Source of the DNA: Epithemia pelagica
Taxonomy: Eukaryota > Protista > Bacillariophyta
Assembly: GCA_946965045.2 (NCBI GenBank)
Contig: OX337230.1
Span: 1,612,001-1,676,000 of the forward strand
Reading direction: 5' to 3'
Length of the DNA: 64,000 bases
In this document: positions 20,290-30,623 of the stretch, in pieces
How positions within the stretch are numbered: position 1 is the first letter of the stretch
Layout of the letters: each line of letters begins with the position of its first letter
Notes under the pieces: model-generated
What the model saw: only the letters and a program-made list of their open reading frames with translations
What the model was told of the DNA's origin: nothing
Databases searched by the model: none
Program-made: the position numbers and the translations under genes

Positions 20290-22848
20290 ATGGTGAACAA
20301 TGCAAGCGACGACTGGGCTCAAGGCTTTGAAGAGGACCACCGTGACAGCCATGTGCTACCTTCTTTCCCATCGATTCGTTCAAAGACCCTGTTTAATCTT
20401 TATGGACAAACTGACGACAATGACAAGGAGGCTCTCACTGACACCAAATCCAACCTTTCAAAAGAACGACGTGACAAGTCCTTGAAGGGTTCTGTGGACG
20501 AGGCAATTCTTCCTTTGGTGAATTTAATAAATCTCCATTCGTCCTTTGCCACATGTTCATCCTGTTCCGGAAGAATCTCGCTCTTTGATCCTGGATTAAG
20601 GAATGACGATCTCACGAATAATACATCGGACGGAAGAAGCATCTCCAACATTACAAGCCCCTCCACCCAGACGGACCCTGGCGACGAGCAACGTGTCGTA
20701 GATTCTGGAAGTGGGAAGGGATCATATGGGGGTTGGATATTTGTTTCTCATGATTACATCAAAACGGAAACTCTTCTTGAGGCGCTTTCCAATACCAGCA
20801 CACAACGACGGGCAACTTCCGAAGCCACGAGCCATTCGATCATGACGTTACGCTTTGAGCCCATGATTCTTCATGTTGCTGCTGCGAATGTCGAACGGGG
20901 ACAACAACTACTTCAACTTGCTCTTCAATTGGGTTTTCGAGAGTCCGGTCTGGTTGTTACAACGACGCGTGTGACGGTTGCCATTCGAGGATATTCCTTG
21001 GCCTTGGCCATTCCGTTGGCGCGATCGGGTCCACTAGAACTTTCAACAGAGTACCTTGACTCGTTTGTACAAGAGGCCAATGCACGATTGACCAAAAACC
21101 TGAATCGAATCCACCAGCTACAAAATGGGTTTCTCCATGAGTTCTTTCATCGAAAAAGGTTACGAATGTATGTCGATACGTTCGACAGTTTGCCCACGCT
21201 CGGGCTATGGGGACACGCAAGTGTAGTATTTCAACCTACCTCAGGGTGCGAAATCACTGTTTTTGGGGGCTATGGTACAGGACCATATTCGTTGCAGAGT
21301 GGGCCCCGTAGATCCAACAAAGTGTACAAACTTGTGCAAGATGGGGAACACTGGGCCGATGCATGGGAAGAGGTTTCTGTCGACCAGTCACCAAAATTTG
21401 CTGAAGGAACGCGACATATTTGCCATAGTGTTGAGTCAAAACAATGTTCTTTTGGGCCTCGCGAAGGATTGAGAGCCATTGTCTGGGACGACCGACAAGG
21501 CAAAACAGAAGATGCATCTGGTGCGGTTGCCTTGCTATTTGGAGGTCGAACCAATCCATCCAATCCTCTACAGGATCTCGTAATCTACGACCGTACACTC
21601 CAGTCATTCTTCAAGCCTGCTGATGTTCGAGGAAAACCGCCATCACCCCGATGGGGTCATAGTTGGACTCAACTGAATGGCAACCAATCAGGCAGTTGTC
21701 AGGACATTGGATTTCTGGCGGGTGGTCGCAACGAGTCGGCTACCTTGTCAGACGCATTCATTCTTTCAATTGTCACAGAGGGAGATACGGTATGCCATTT
21801 CTTGTGGACGCAAGTTGAACTGGACACATGGGTACCTCGTCCAAGATTTCACCATACTTGCACGTCTTCCAAGGATGGAAAAATCATAATCATGGGTGGA
21901 CTTTCCAGTTCAAATCACCTTCTGGGCGTAGATGAGTATCACTTGGAAAACCACGCCTTTGGGGAGATGCTGCAGGTGGACGAGAACAAAACCTGTGTAC
22001 AGGATTTGTCGTCGGTTCACCTGGCTCCAATGTTTGGTCAGTCTTCGTGCGTCCTGTCCGCGTCACCCGTCATCCAAGATGACGTGTTCGTTTCCATTGG
22101 AGGATTATTAGTACATGGCAGTGATGGTGACGAGTCTGAATCATTGATTCAAGCATTTGTCCTTGAAAAAGGCATGCACCACACGAAAAATATGGACTGG
22201 ACGATACAACCAGTTCAAGTAGTGGTAAAAAATACGGCAAATGTAAGTTTTGGGTCCCTCATCCATGCCTCGTGTCACCCAATCCTTGGCACCAAAGATG
22301 ATCCGGAGAGCAAGGCGATCCAGTACATGGCAGTGATTGGTGGTGGTGTACAGGGATTTGCCTTTGGGCCACAGTTTGCGGATTCCTTCTTGCTCTCAGT
22401 TCAGGTTTGCGAAGAGGGACAGACTGCAACTGGAGATGTTCGCAAACCTGTAGCCGCACATAGAAAAAGTAAAACTGACAGACCGTCAAGCATGTCTCCA
22501 AAGGAACCTTCCTCTTCGGCTGACCAGGAGACGGATGTTGTGTTCGTGTTTAAACGGGATGCAAAGAAGCTTCGTGTAAAACTAGAGCAAGCTGGTTGGC
22601 TTGACAAACGCTATCGCATGACGCCTGCAGCACCAACCGATTCCGATGAGGCAAACGTCGACAACTTTCGAGATTATATTGCCGTTCCCATCATGCCACA
22701 AGCACGATCCGTATTGTCGCAGGATGAAAGAATTATTGGAGTTCAAGGAGAAGCATCTACCGGAGATGATTGGCATTCCTTGGTCCATTCGGTTGGAACG
22801 CGGAAAATGCCATTAAGTACAGCTAACTTCGCATCACAGCGAACTTGA
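20290..22848 (+). CDS. TYW3: tRNA wybutosine-synthesis protein: TYW3 methyltransferase plus Kelch repeats (852 aa)
   Basis: DKSLKGSVDEAILPLVNLIN, TCSSCSGRI, LRFEPMILHV, LGFRESG, then Kelch blades (FGGRTNP, PSPRWGHS, RPRFHHT, IGGG). Confidence 0.85.
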   Translation: MVNNASDDWAQGFEEDHRDSHVLPSFPSIRSKTLFNLYGQTDDNDKEALTDTKSNLSKERRDKSLKGSVDEAILPLVNLINLHSSFATCSSCSGRISLFDPGLRNDDLTNNTSDGRSISNITSPSTQTDPGDEQRVVDSGSGKGSYGGWIFVSHDYIKTETLLEALSNTSTQRRATSEATSHSIMTLRFEPMILHVAAANVERGQQLLQLALQLGFRESGLVVTTTRVTVAIRGYSLALAIPLARSGPLELSTEYLDSFVQEANARLTKNLNRIHQLQNGFLHEFFHRKRLRMYVDTFDSLPTLGLWGHASVVFQPTSGCEITVFGGYGTGPYSLQSGPRRSNKVYKLVQDGEHWADAWEEVSVDQSPKFAEGTRHICHSVESKQCSFGPREGLRAIVWDDRQGKTEDASGAVALLFGGRTNPSNPLQDLVIYDRTLQSFFKPADVRGKPPSPRWGHSWTQLNGNQSGSCQDIGFLAGGRNESATLSDAFILSIVTEGDTVCHFLWTQVELDTWVPRPRFHHTCTSSKDGKIIIMGGLSSSNHLLGVDEYHLENHAFGEMLQVDENKTCVQDLSSVHLAPMFGQSSCVLSASPVIQDDVFVSIGGLLVHGSDGDESESLIQAFVLEKGMHHTKNMDWTIQPVQVVVKNTANVSFGSLIHASCHPILGTKDDPESKAIQYMAVIGGGVQGFAFGPQFADSFLLSVQVCEEGQTATGDVRKPVAAHRKSKTDRPSSMSPKEPSSSADQETDVVFVFKRDAKKLRVKLEQAGWLDKRYRMTPAAPTDSDEANVDNFRDYIAVPIMPQARSVLSQDERIIGVQGEASTGDDWHSLVHSVGTRKMPLSTANFASQRT

Positions 22849-22940
22849 GAGATAGAGAATTGGTATAGAATCGAACTCGCTGATTCAACATATCTCTATC
22901 GCTACCTAAATCGTCTCATTTTCTCTGTCTATTCGCTCGT

Positions 22941-23633
22941 CTACACTTTAGAGCGATTGCCTTTCAACAGGACCCCGGCCACAATAGCCGCAATAGCTGC
23001 AGCAGTGGCTGCGATTACCCCATTGCGAAGGAATGAGTTTGATTCACCTGAATCATTGGGCTCTTCTCCTTGTGCCAATGCCCGAGGTTTCTTTATATCT
23101 GGTTCTGGTTCATCGTTTTCAGAGACTTCATAAGAACGCTTATGCTCTGGATATTTCGGTTCGACCGAAAACACGGAGAGAAATTTGGAAAAGGGATTGG
23201 GCTTGACCGTGGCCACTCCATCTGGAATCGTAGGTTCATTTGGATTCACGAATCTGTGACGTCGGTCTTCCAGACGTTTCTCTCTTCTTGCTCGTTGATT
23301 TTCTTGCATTGTTTCCAGTCGTTCCTTTTTCTGCTCTTTCATCTTTTCTAATTCCTGTTCTCGAGCCATGGATGGACTCTCGTGTATGGGAAGAGGAAGA
23401 TCGCGAGGGACAGACCGTCGACCCCGCTTGCGCTCACTGTCTTCGTCGTCCTCATTTTCTTTCTTACTCTCACCTTCCGGCAACACTAACGCATCCGGTG
23501 AAAAAGTAGGTTTTACAGCCTTCACAATGCGCCGAGTGGTCGTTCCTGGAGAAGTGGTGAGACTCGCCGTCGAGTCCCGAAATGTGGCGTTGTCCCTGCC
23601 GTTGTTTTGCTGTGAAGAAGCTTCGTTTCCCAT
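22941..23633 (-). CDS. Hypothetical charged protein with N-myristoylation-like start and C-terminal membrane anchor (230 aa)
   Basis: First ATG gives MGNEASS. Charged E/K/R-rich middle. C-terminal GVIAATAAAIAAIVAGVLL followed by KGNRSKV. Confidence 0.55.
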   Translation of the reverse strand: MGNEASSQQNNGRDNATFRDSTASLTTSPGTTTRRIVKAVKPTFSPDALVLPEGESKKENEDDEDSERKRGRRSVPRDLPLPIHESPSMAREQELEKMKEQKKERLETMQENQRARREKRLEDRRHRFVNPNEPTIPDGVATVKPNPFSKFLSVFSVEPKYPEHKRSYEVSENDEPEPDIKKPRALAQGEEPNDSGESNSFLRNGVIAATAAAIAAIVAGVLLKGNRSKV

Positions 23634-24063
23634 GCTTCCCGTACAAGCTTGGTTCCTATAGATTGGCGACCCAGTTGACGGCACAGAACGTAAGAGACAC
23701 TCTGAGTCCAATTTCCTGCGGCTCAAGCTTCAAAGTCCAAGAGTGCTTTTCTCTGTGACAAGGAGTGACAACAAGAAAAATGACATGAGGTGTACTATCG
23801 ACAAAAACAAACCCACATATAGATGTAATAGATACGGCCCACTATCCTCGCTATATTGGCGCAATCGCTCGTCGTCGTGCGCCTGTAACGGTTTTTTAAT
23901 CCCCATCGTGACTCGAAACCAGACATCAACATCCCACGACTAAACAAGGGGCGAGATTCCCCGGGATCATTCCCATTATTGTTGGAGAAATATACGGAAC
24001 GGGAGCCGTGAGTCTCATTTTTTGATAGATGACTTGCTGCGAGGGTCTTTTTCGATTGCGACA

Positions 24064-25293
24064 ATGGTTCGATTAAATGTATTCTTCGTAATCCATGGCG
24101 AAGAGGAGGTAGGATACCAGTCCAATCGGTTGGACTTGCCTCACATGAGCTCGCTTAAAAGTCCCTCTCTTGACGTTTTGGACGATCTCACCGAGAAAAT
24201 TGATCCGGCTTTGACCGAAGACGGTTACAAACAAGTCGAAGATAGCTTTCGAGCCATGGCTACAGCTTTTCGAGAATCTGGAGAAAAACGAAGGATAGCA
24301 TTAATCTCCGAGCCATTTCGTCGTTGTACGGCCTCCGCACTCATGATCTCAACATCGGGCTTTGAACCACAGGAATGGTCGGATTGGGGCCTGACATGCC
24401 CCAAAACGCAGTCGGCCCCCACAGCCATTCCTATTGTGGTAATGAATGGCTTAGCTGATGCCAACCCAGGAGTCCGACAAATGGGAGGACAAAAAGTTGT
24501 CATTGATGGCGGTCTCATTCACTGCGCTGCCGAGTTTTGGAACAAGGCCTATAAAAAAGATCCCATTATGGGTGTTGTACAACAAATGAAGGATGTCGTT
24601 CAGGAACGAGTACAAGAATGGCTCAACGCAGCCGTTGCAATCAAGGATATGTCAAAATATCGCTTGGCAGCTGATGTCCAGTACTTGAGATTCGAAAAGA
24701 AAGGAGATCCCTATAGCCTGACACCACTTAGTTTGAAGTTCAGTATTGACAAAGATCTCTTGAAACCCAGCAAAATATTGGATCCTCACCGCTCAGGAAC
24801 CTATAAATCCAAGTTACCTCCACTCCCTGACTCTGTTTCACAATCCACACTGGACCGTGCAGTGGAGACGGCACGAAAATGTGGCTGCGACACAATCATT
24901 ATGGTTGTCACGCACGAGTTAGTACAAGAAGTCTTGGACGAACGAATGGACCATGAAGTTGAGATTGACTTACCACCAGGTGCCATCTTATCCATGGTAG
25001 CCAAAACTAAGAAGGAAGGAATCAGCTGGAAGCTGCACGCCCTGTCCTTTTCTGGTCAATTCACAACCGAGTCCCTCCCTCCCTACAATGGTCCCATTGA
25101 TTCGTCCAAGGAAGCCCCACCTGAGTTTCGAAAGGCCATGGAGAAAGCGGGAGACGAGAAATGGGGATCCTTCCCTCCTCCGCCCGCCGAAAACGTTCCT
25201 CCCGCCTATCCTGAAATCCCGCCCTTTTCCCGATGCTTGGAGAACCAAGAGCCAACGGCCAAATGGGCATGGGTTAACATGCCAAAACAGTAA
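24064..25293 (+). CDS. Histidine phosphatase (PGAM-fold)-like protein with degenerate RHG motif (409 aa)
   Basis: N-terminal VFFVIHGE (RHGE-like), LTEDGYKQ, ISEPFRRCTASA (SSPFxRCxQTA-like), IIMVVTH. Confidence 0.55.
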   Translation: MVRLNVFFVIHGEEEVGYQSNRLDLPHMSSLKSPSLDVLDDLTEKIDPALTEDGYKQVEDSFRAMATAFRESGEKRRIALISEPFRRCTASALMISTSGFEPQEWSDWGLTCPKTQSAPTAIPIVVMNGLADANPGVRQMGGQKVVIDGGLIHCAAEFWNKAYKKDPIMGVVQQMKDVVQERVQEWLNAAVAIKDMSKYRLAADVQYLRFEKKGDPYSLTPLSLKFSIDKDLLKPSKILDPHRSGTYKSKLPPLPDSVSQSTLDRAVETARKCGCDTIIMVVTHELVQEVLDERMDHEVEIDLPPGAILSMVAKTKKEGISWKLHALSFSGQFTTESLPPYNGPIDSSKEAPPEFRKAMEKAGDEKWGSFPPPPAENVPPAYPEIPPFSRCLENQEPTAKWAWVNMPKQ

Positions 25294-25440
25294 ACAAAGA
25301 GAGCTGCACCATCTTTGTGCTTCTAATGTTATCAATAATCAATGTCTTCGCGATCATGCTATCTTCTATCTGCTATCTTCCTGTCCCCCTCAACATTTGC
25401 TGTGCAGCTTGCGGCGTTTCATTCGCTCTTTGAAAGCTAC

Positions 25441-26202
25441 TTATGAGCTCGATTCAACATGTGCTTCTCTCACTTTTGGGCCGCAGTTATCATCTCTCTT
25501 TGTTTGATTGATTTTCGGACGGAACTCTGGTATTTCAATGTATTTGGTTGCTTCTTGCACTTGATCTGGATTGAGTTTGCTAAGTTGAGCGAGATTATAC
25601 TTTTGATCAGGGGTCAGTTCAGAGTGCACTTCCACAGATCGTTTCCATTGCCCCAATCGGGCCTCGGATACTTCCAAATAATGAAGGATCATGTGTACAA
25701 CAACTGGTTCTGGTACTCGTTTCACTTTGCAGTTCTCTTCATGCTCAAGATCATCTTGACTGAAGCAGTGAAATGTGGCGCGGTTCTTGCTAACCAAGAG
25801 TCTTACCATTTTCCGCACCAGCTTATTTTTGTGGCTCCGCGAAAGAAAACTATGCCCTGTCTGGCTGTCACGACAACCTACAACAGCAAGAGTCTCGATA
25901 ATGCATACCAGCTTTCGGTTGGACTCTTGAAATTGCTTTTTGGTATGGACGAGCATTGGCGTGGATGACAAGGGAAGCAATACCGTCAATGGCTGAGATG
26001 TTTTGCTCAGAACCTCTCTCAGTAACTCTTCGACCTTTGATAATCGGTGTCTAATAGAGTCTTTCGAGGGAAAATGAGTGTCCTTTCGAATGTTGGCAGG
26101 AGCAGTTTGACTTATGGCGGGACTCCCAGGGGAAAGAAGCTCTTTCGCATGTGACGATGTGTCGCTTCTCTTACAATACGTCATGTGACACTTGGATATC
26201 AT
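25441..26202 (-). CDS. Hypothetical protein (5' end uncertain)
   Basis: Open frame of 253 codons from the first ATG, no recognised domain. Upstream short ORFs do not join cleanly. Confidence 0.35.
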   Translation of the reverse strand: MISKCHMTYCKRSDTSSHAKELLSPGSPAISQTAPANIRKDTHFPSKDSIRHRLSKVEELLREVLSKTSQPLTVLLPLSSTPMLVHTKKQFQESNRKLVCIIETLAVVGCRDSQTGHSFLSRSHKNKLVRKMVRLLVSKNRATFHCFSQDDLEHEENCKVKRVPEPVVVHMILHYLEVSEARLGQWKRSVEVHSELTPDQKYNLAQLSKLNPDQVQEATKYIEIPEFRPKINQTKRDDNCGPKVREAHVESSS

Positions 26203-26743
26203 GAGTAGTCTTGGCACCAATAAACACAGTCAGATGTATACGTTATGGCTTGCTTTGTTGTTGTCGTTTGAGTGCATGCGTGTTCTCCAGGAAAATGATA
26301 CCTTGTTATTCCAGAGCCTGATATGATTCTTTTTCGAATGGTTGAAATCCTCTCTACGTTGTTGTGTCATGTGATGATTTGGTTGTTTTTTCTCTTGCGG
26401 GGCTGATCTTGGATCGGAGGCTTGTTGCGAGGCCTCTTTGCGCCATGGTGAATGTGAGAGGAGGCGCTTTTGATACGAGACGGAAGCGGAAGGGAGTCGC
26501 TCTGCGACTGAATCCGCGCGCATGCATGGCATCGAATTCCGATTCTTGAATGACATCATTGTTAGTCGCTCTTTGGGGCACACGTAAGCTTCATTTTTTG
26601 AGAATTCCGGTGTTCAAAGGAGAAGCGAGCGATCATTGAGATCAAGCGAACGCGTCGTCCTTGATGACAGGCCATCACAACGCATCAACTTGTGTTCTTC
26701 TTGGAAAAAATTTGGTTAATGACAGCTGCTGACCAAGACAAAG

Positions 26744-28090
26744 ATGGAGGTAGAGACGAGAAGGCCCGCATTGGCAATCCGCCACGATCCTGAAGACACA
26801 CAAGAGCACTGGAATCCTGTGGAGTTTCTGGCGCAGTGGATGAAATATCGATTTGAACAACTTCATGATCGTGATGATAGCACCAAGTCGTCGACTGTTG
26901 GACACATTGTCGACCGCCAGTCGTCCAGAACTAGAAGCGATCATCGAGATAATCACGTTACGCTGTACTTTGACGAGGACAAACTGTCGACAGTTGCGGT
27001 TCTATCGAAACCACCAGAGACCCTTGCAACCTATTTTCGTGGAAGAGTGGAAGAAGGATCGGCAAGCCAACGATCAGTTCTGTACTACGAACTCGACGGG
27101 TTCGTCAGGGAAAATCTCAGCAGCCTTCGGAAGCAACATGATTTAAATGAAGATTGCATACGAACTGCTGTCGGCTCGCTTGAAGCATCTGATAGGGCTC
27201 ATCGGAAAGTTTTGGACGAGGATAGAAGACGTGAAATGCACGCTCGTCGTGCCGATATGGGCAAGTGTTGTTTTGAACAGGTCATGGAGATTGTTCGAGT
27301 TCATTGGTTGAACGATGACTTGGATGCACTCTCTATTTATTCTCTCGGCCAGGCCAGCCAGGCGGCAAGGCTTATTGCAAACAGGATAGCAAGCCACCGT
27401 ATGCAGTCACTTTCCGTGAGTGTCACTCCTTATGTTGACGGAGCGTCGTTGTCGGGATATTCAACCTTTGCTAGGTCCAACTCGACATCACTGGTGGCAC
27501 ACTTGGAATCGGGACGAGCTGTGGAGTATCAGAAGTGCCAACCAATTTCGTTGGTCCATGAAAGTAACCATCTAAGCGACATAGATTCGTTGGTGTCCTT
27601 CGCTCCTTCGGACTCGGAATCGAAAGCAATATCTTGGAGCTGTGAGGAGCTAGCATTGGGTAACCTTCATTTGCTGGGAAACCTGCATCTTGAAGCAATG
27701 GAGTATGCGGGCCAGAAATTCACCGTTTTCTGTAAACTGGCACCAGCTGATGTCTTTGATGGACAAGAACGCATCCTCATGTCTTCAGTACGACTTGAAG
27801 CAAATCCTCGTCCAGGAAAATGCCAGTGGTCCCCTTCCGATTTGGTGAACTTTGAGGCTGAGGTTCTCAAAAGCCAGATGAAGCGACTAGATGATGTAGC
27901 AACTCTATATTCTGGACAAGCGAGGATAACATCCGTTTTGATTAGCTTCCTTGCATTGGTCCAAGCAGTTGCTCGTCAACGTCTCAGCACAGTAAAGAGG
28001 GAACTGGATTTGATCAACCAGACCCGTCCTCTTCTTGATCACGAAGCCGCATACCTCAGAATGGTGCGTGAAGCTGCCAACAGTTGGTAG
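26744..28090 (+). CDS. Hypothetical protein (448 aa)
   Basis: Long ATG-initiated ORF with globular composition. Only a weak F-box-like segment (EIVRVHWL...LSIYSLGQAS). Confidence 0.55.
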   Translation: MEVETRRPALAIRHDPEDTQEHWNPVEFLAQWMKYRFEQLHDRDDSTKSSTVGHIVDRQSSRTRSDHRDNHVTLYFDEDKLSTVAVLSKPPETLATYFRGRVEEGSASQRSVLYYELDGFVRENLSSLRKQHDLNEDCIRTAVGSLEASDRAHRKVLDEDRRREMHARRADMGKCCFEQVMEIVRVHWLNDDLDALSIYSLGQASQAARLIANRIASHRMQSLSVSVTPYVDGASLSGYSTFARSNSTSLVAHLESGRAVEYQKCQPISLVHESNHLSDIDSLVSFAPSDSESKAISWSCEELALGNLHLLGNLHLEAMEYAGQKFTVFCKLAPADVFDGQERILMSSVRLEANPRPGKCQWSPSDLVNFEAEVLKSQMKRLDDVATLYSGQARITSVLISFLALVQAVARQRLSTVKRELDLINQTRPLLDHEAAYLRMVREAANSW

Positions 28091-28443
28091 TTAGTTGGAG
28101 TACTTTGAAAGGATTTGCAGGAACTTGTGAATCCTTGCTCTTTTTGGCCATCAGCTGAAGCAGATCAAGTTTTAGATAGAGTGTCTTGTATCTCTGACAT
28201 GTGTTGCATTAAGGAAATACCTTTTCCGGAAGCCCTACATTGTTGCATGTGTCTGTCCTTATTGAGTCCAAGTATCTGTTTAGTTGTGATGTGTCGTATG
28301 GGCTTTCTATCACCCCTATGCATTTGTTGATGCTTTCTCGAAACAACATTCATTCAACATCTTGAGGTCAGATCTACGTAGAGGCAACCAATCATCTAGA
28401 ATATTACTGACGCTTGACTCAAACTGATGACTATATCTTACAT

Positions 28444-29673
28444 TCAAAGAATGCAACACGTGGACTTCTGTACAACATCAAGCTCTCGACGAGCCTCCAG
28501 AACACGATTTCGTGCCAGCGCTTTCCAATCCGCAACGGGCCAAGGAACATCTCCCACTGGTATACTAGAAAGCTGGTCGTGGCGAATACGCCAATGTGTC
28601 AAAAAGTTGCACGGACCCTCGCAGGACCATGTCTTGGTTCCAAATTCACCTGGTTTGGGCTGGTATTGGTACATGGGATGTGGAATTCTCTGGGCTCCAT
28701 GACACTGTTTGCATTCATACAACAACGGGTTGGAGTTCCCTAGGAAGCAGGCATCGCATACCTCGCCTCGATCTACAATCAGGCTCCGGTATTGATTGCA
28801 GGCTGCACATTTGCCTGACTGCTCCAGAATCGATACATCCAGATGTAATGGAGCATTTCCGTCTGGTGCTTGAATAGAGATCCAAGAGCGGCATCGAGGA
28901 CAACGTCCAACACGGTTGATGCCGTCTGATGTGCGATGCGTCAGTAATATGACACAAGCGGAGCATATGTTGAGGCTCTTCGAATCCGGTGACGTGCCAC
29001 AACAAGGCATTGACACAAAAGATAAATTGTTTGTTGAAGTTGGGAACGCCTCGCCCAGGCATACTTCGCATTGACTGTTCCTTACTCCACTCTCGCATGC
29101 CATTTCAGACCCGACAGCCTCAGCATTACCGGTCCTCGCGTCGACTGCCTTGTGCTCCCCTTCTTTGGTTGGACTCGAACCCGGGGAATTTACCGGACCT
29201 GCACTCTGATCGAGTTCTCCGCTATCGGAACCACAGAGAATAATGTTGAGCAAGTCTATGTCATTCAGTGTCTCCGACGCGGTTGTCAATGGGTTCTGGT
29301 TTTGTTGCTGTAGTTGGTTCTGTTCCATTGCTTGCAATCGAATGAGCGAAGCCTCTTTTGTACTGAGAAAAGGGCCAGCATCTGGAACAATGCGATCAAC
29401 TAAAGAGACTGGCTTTTGAGACATGTGCTCGTGGTCATTTTGCAGACTCACACCTTCAACGCAGGAAACAAACGAATCTTGAACTTCTAAAACTGGTTCA
29501 CAATCCACGGCACTGGTATCATGCTGCCAGGAGACATGTTCGTCCGATGGAACACAGGGCACGAGATCTGAGTATTCGTTGTCATCTTCCGTCGAAAGCG
29601 TATTATCGTGTGACTTTTTATTGAGGACAACATGATCCGTCTTCGTCCTTGTCGCAAGTTCCATCATCCCCAT
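28444..29673 (-). CDS. RING-variant zinc-finger protein with a second Cys-rich domain and C-terminal CaaX (CCIL)
   Basis: CEVC...PCC...CSAC...CPRC (eight-Cys RING-like), then CAAC/CDAC/CKQC/CEGPC with RIPHPMYQYQ, terminal CCIL. Confidence 0.7.
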   Translation of the reverse strand: MGMMELATRTKTDHVVLNKKSHDNTLSTEDDNEYSDLVPCVPSDEHVSWQHDTSAVDCEPVLEVQDSFVSCVEGVSLQNDHEHMSQKPVSLVDRIVPDAGPFLSTKEASLIRLQAMEQNQLQQQNQNPLTTASETLNDIDLLNIILCGSDSGELDQSAGPVNSPGSSPTKEGEHKAVDARTGNAEAVGSEMACESGVRNSQCEVCLGEAFPTSTNNLSFVSMPCCGTSPDSKSLNICSACVILLTHRTSDGINRVGRCPRCRSWISIQAPDGNAPLHLDVSILEQSGKCAACNQYRSLIVDRGEVCDACFLGNSNPLLYECKQCHGAQRIPHPMYQYQPKPGEFGTKTWSCEGPCNFLTHWRIRHDQLSSIPVGDVPWPVADWKALARNRVLEARRELDVVQKSTCCIL

Positions 29674-30195
29674 GATCCACCTAGCAGTTTGAGAAATCAA
29701 CGCCTCCTGTGACCACCAAAACTTTATTGGAGGGTTGATTGGTTGCGCACCGTAAATTTGTGTGTACGGAATTGCAAGCAAGTTGCAAAATTGCCTCACA
29801 CGAGAAAACGCCACACCATCTAATGGAATCTTCCCCCCACGGGAACGTGGCCGGATTTAGAAAACATTGGTTGGAGCGCGCGTTGCAGCTGGAAGGGCAT
29901 ACTTAGGATGACATAGGGCCATACTATTGTACGAAGAATACCATTGATATTCCAAATTCCTAATACACAATGCCCCATTTTAAATAAATCCCGTGATCTT
30001 CCCATTGAAGTTCTTCTTATAGTCGCATCCGTTGAGAGTCACTCATTCATTATTGCCACTCGGATAAGGAAGGTCTGTTGGGTTAACGGTTCTAAACACA
30101 GGAAGCTACCCCAACAAGCACACAGACTACAGCGAGGCTACCATAAACTACTCATGCCCTCGGGCCTCGGGACGAATTTGTTCATTGAGACCAAC

Positions 30196-30209
30196 TACTC
30201 CTAGGAGTA
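30196..30209. promoter_or_regulatory. 14-bp palindrome TACTCCTAGGAGTA in a divergent intergenic region
   Basis: Second copy of the 18517 palindrome, between the RING and cereblon starts. Function is inferred. Confidence 0.4.
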
Positions 30210-30623
30210 CTTTTCTAGGTAGACGTCTTCGTAACGTGGGCTCCTTGGTCTATCGATTGAATCATGGAGGAATTCGGTTTGCAATCAACCGCTGACCAAG
30301 AATACGAGTATGGGAGGGAGCACCAATCTCGTTATTCGTGACGCGATGTTCGTTCCTTTGCGTCCGCTCGATATCAACGCTCTGCTCTTGCAAAGAGTAA
30401 CATAGTAGATATGATTTCTTCGATTCTCTGCCATTGCCAATTTGCCATGGATGGTTGATGGTTTTCGCTTTGAAACACTTCGTTCCTTTCTATTCTCCCT
30501 CTAGACTACCTCTAGCTACGATCAAATTAGTCGCGTCTAATACGCATTTCGGTCGTCTTAAACGCTGAAGCATCATCACCCCGTCAACAAAAGACACAAA
30601 TCGTTCTCGTCTGTACATGAAAA

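Noticed and set aside
26230-26583. Short minus-strand ORFs as a first exon of the 25441 gene
   Set aside because: No splice pair was found that joins them in frame convincingly.
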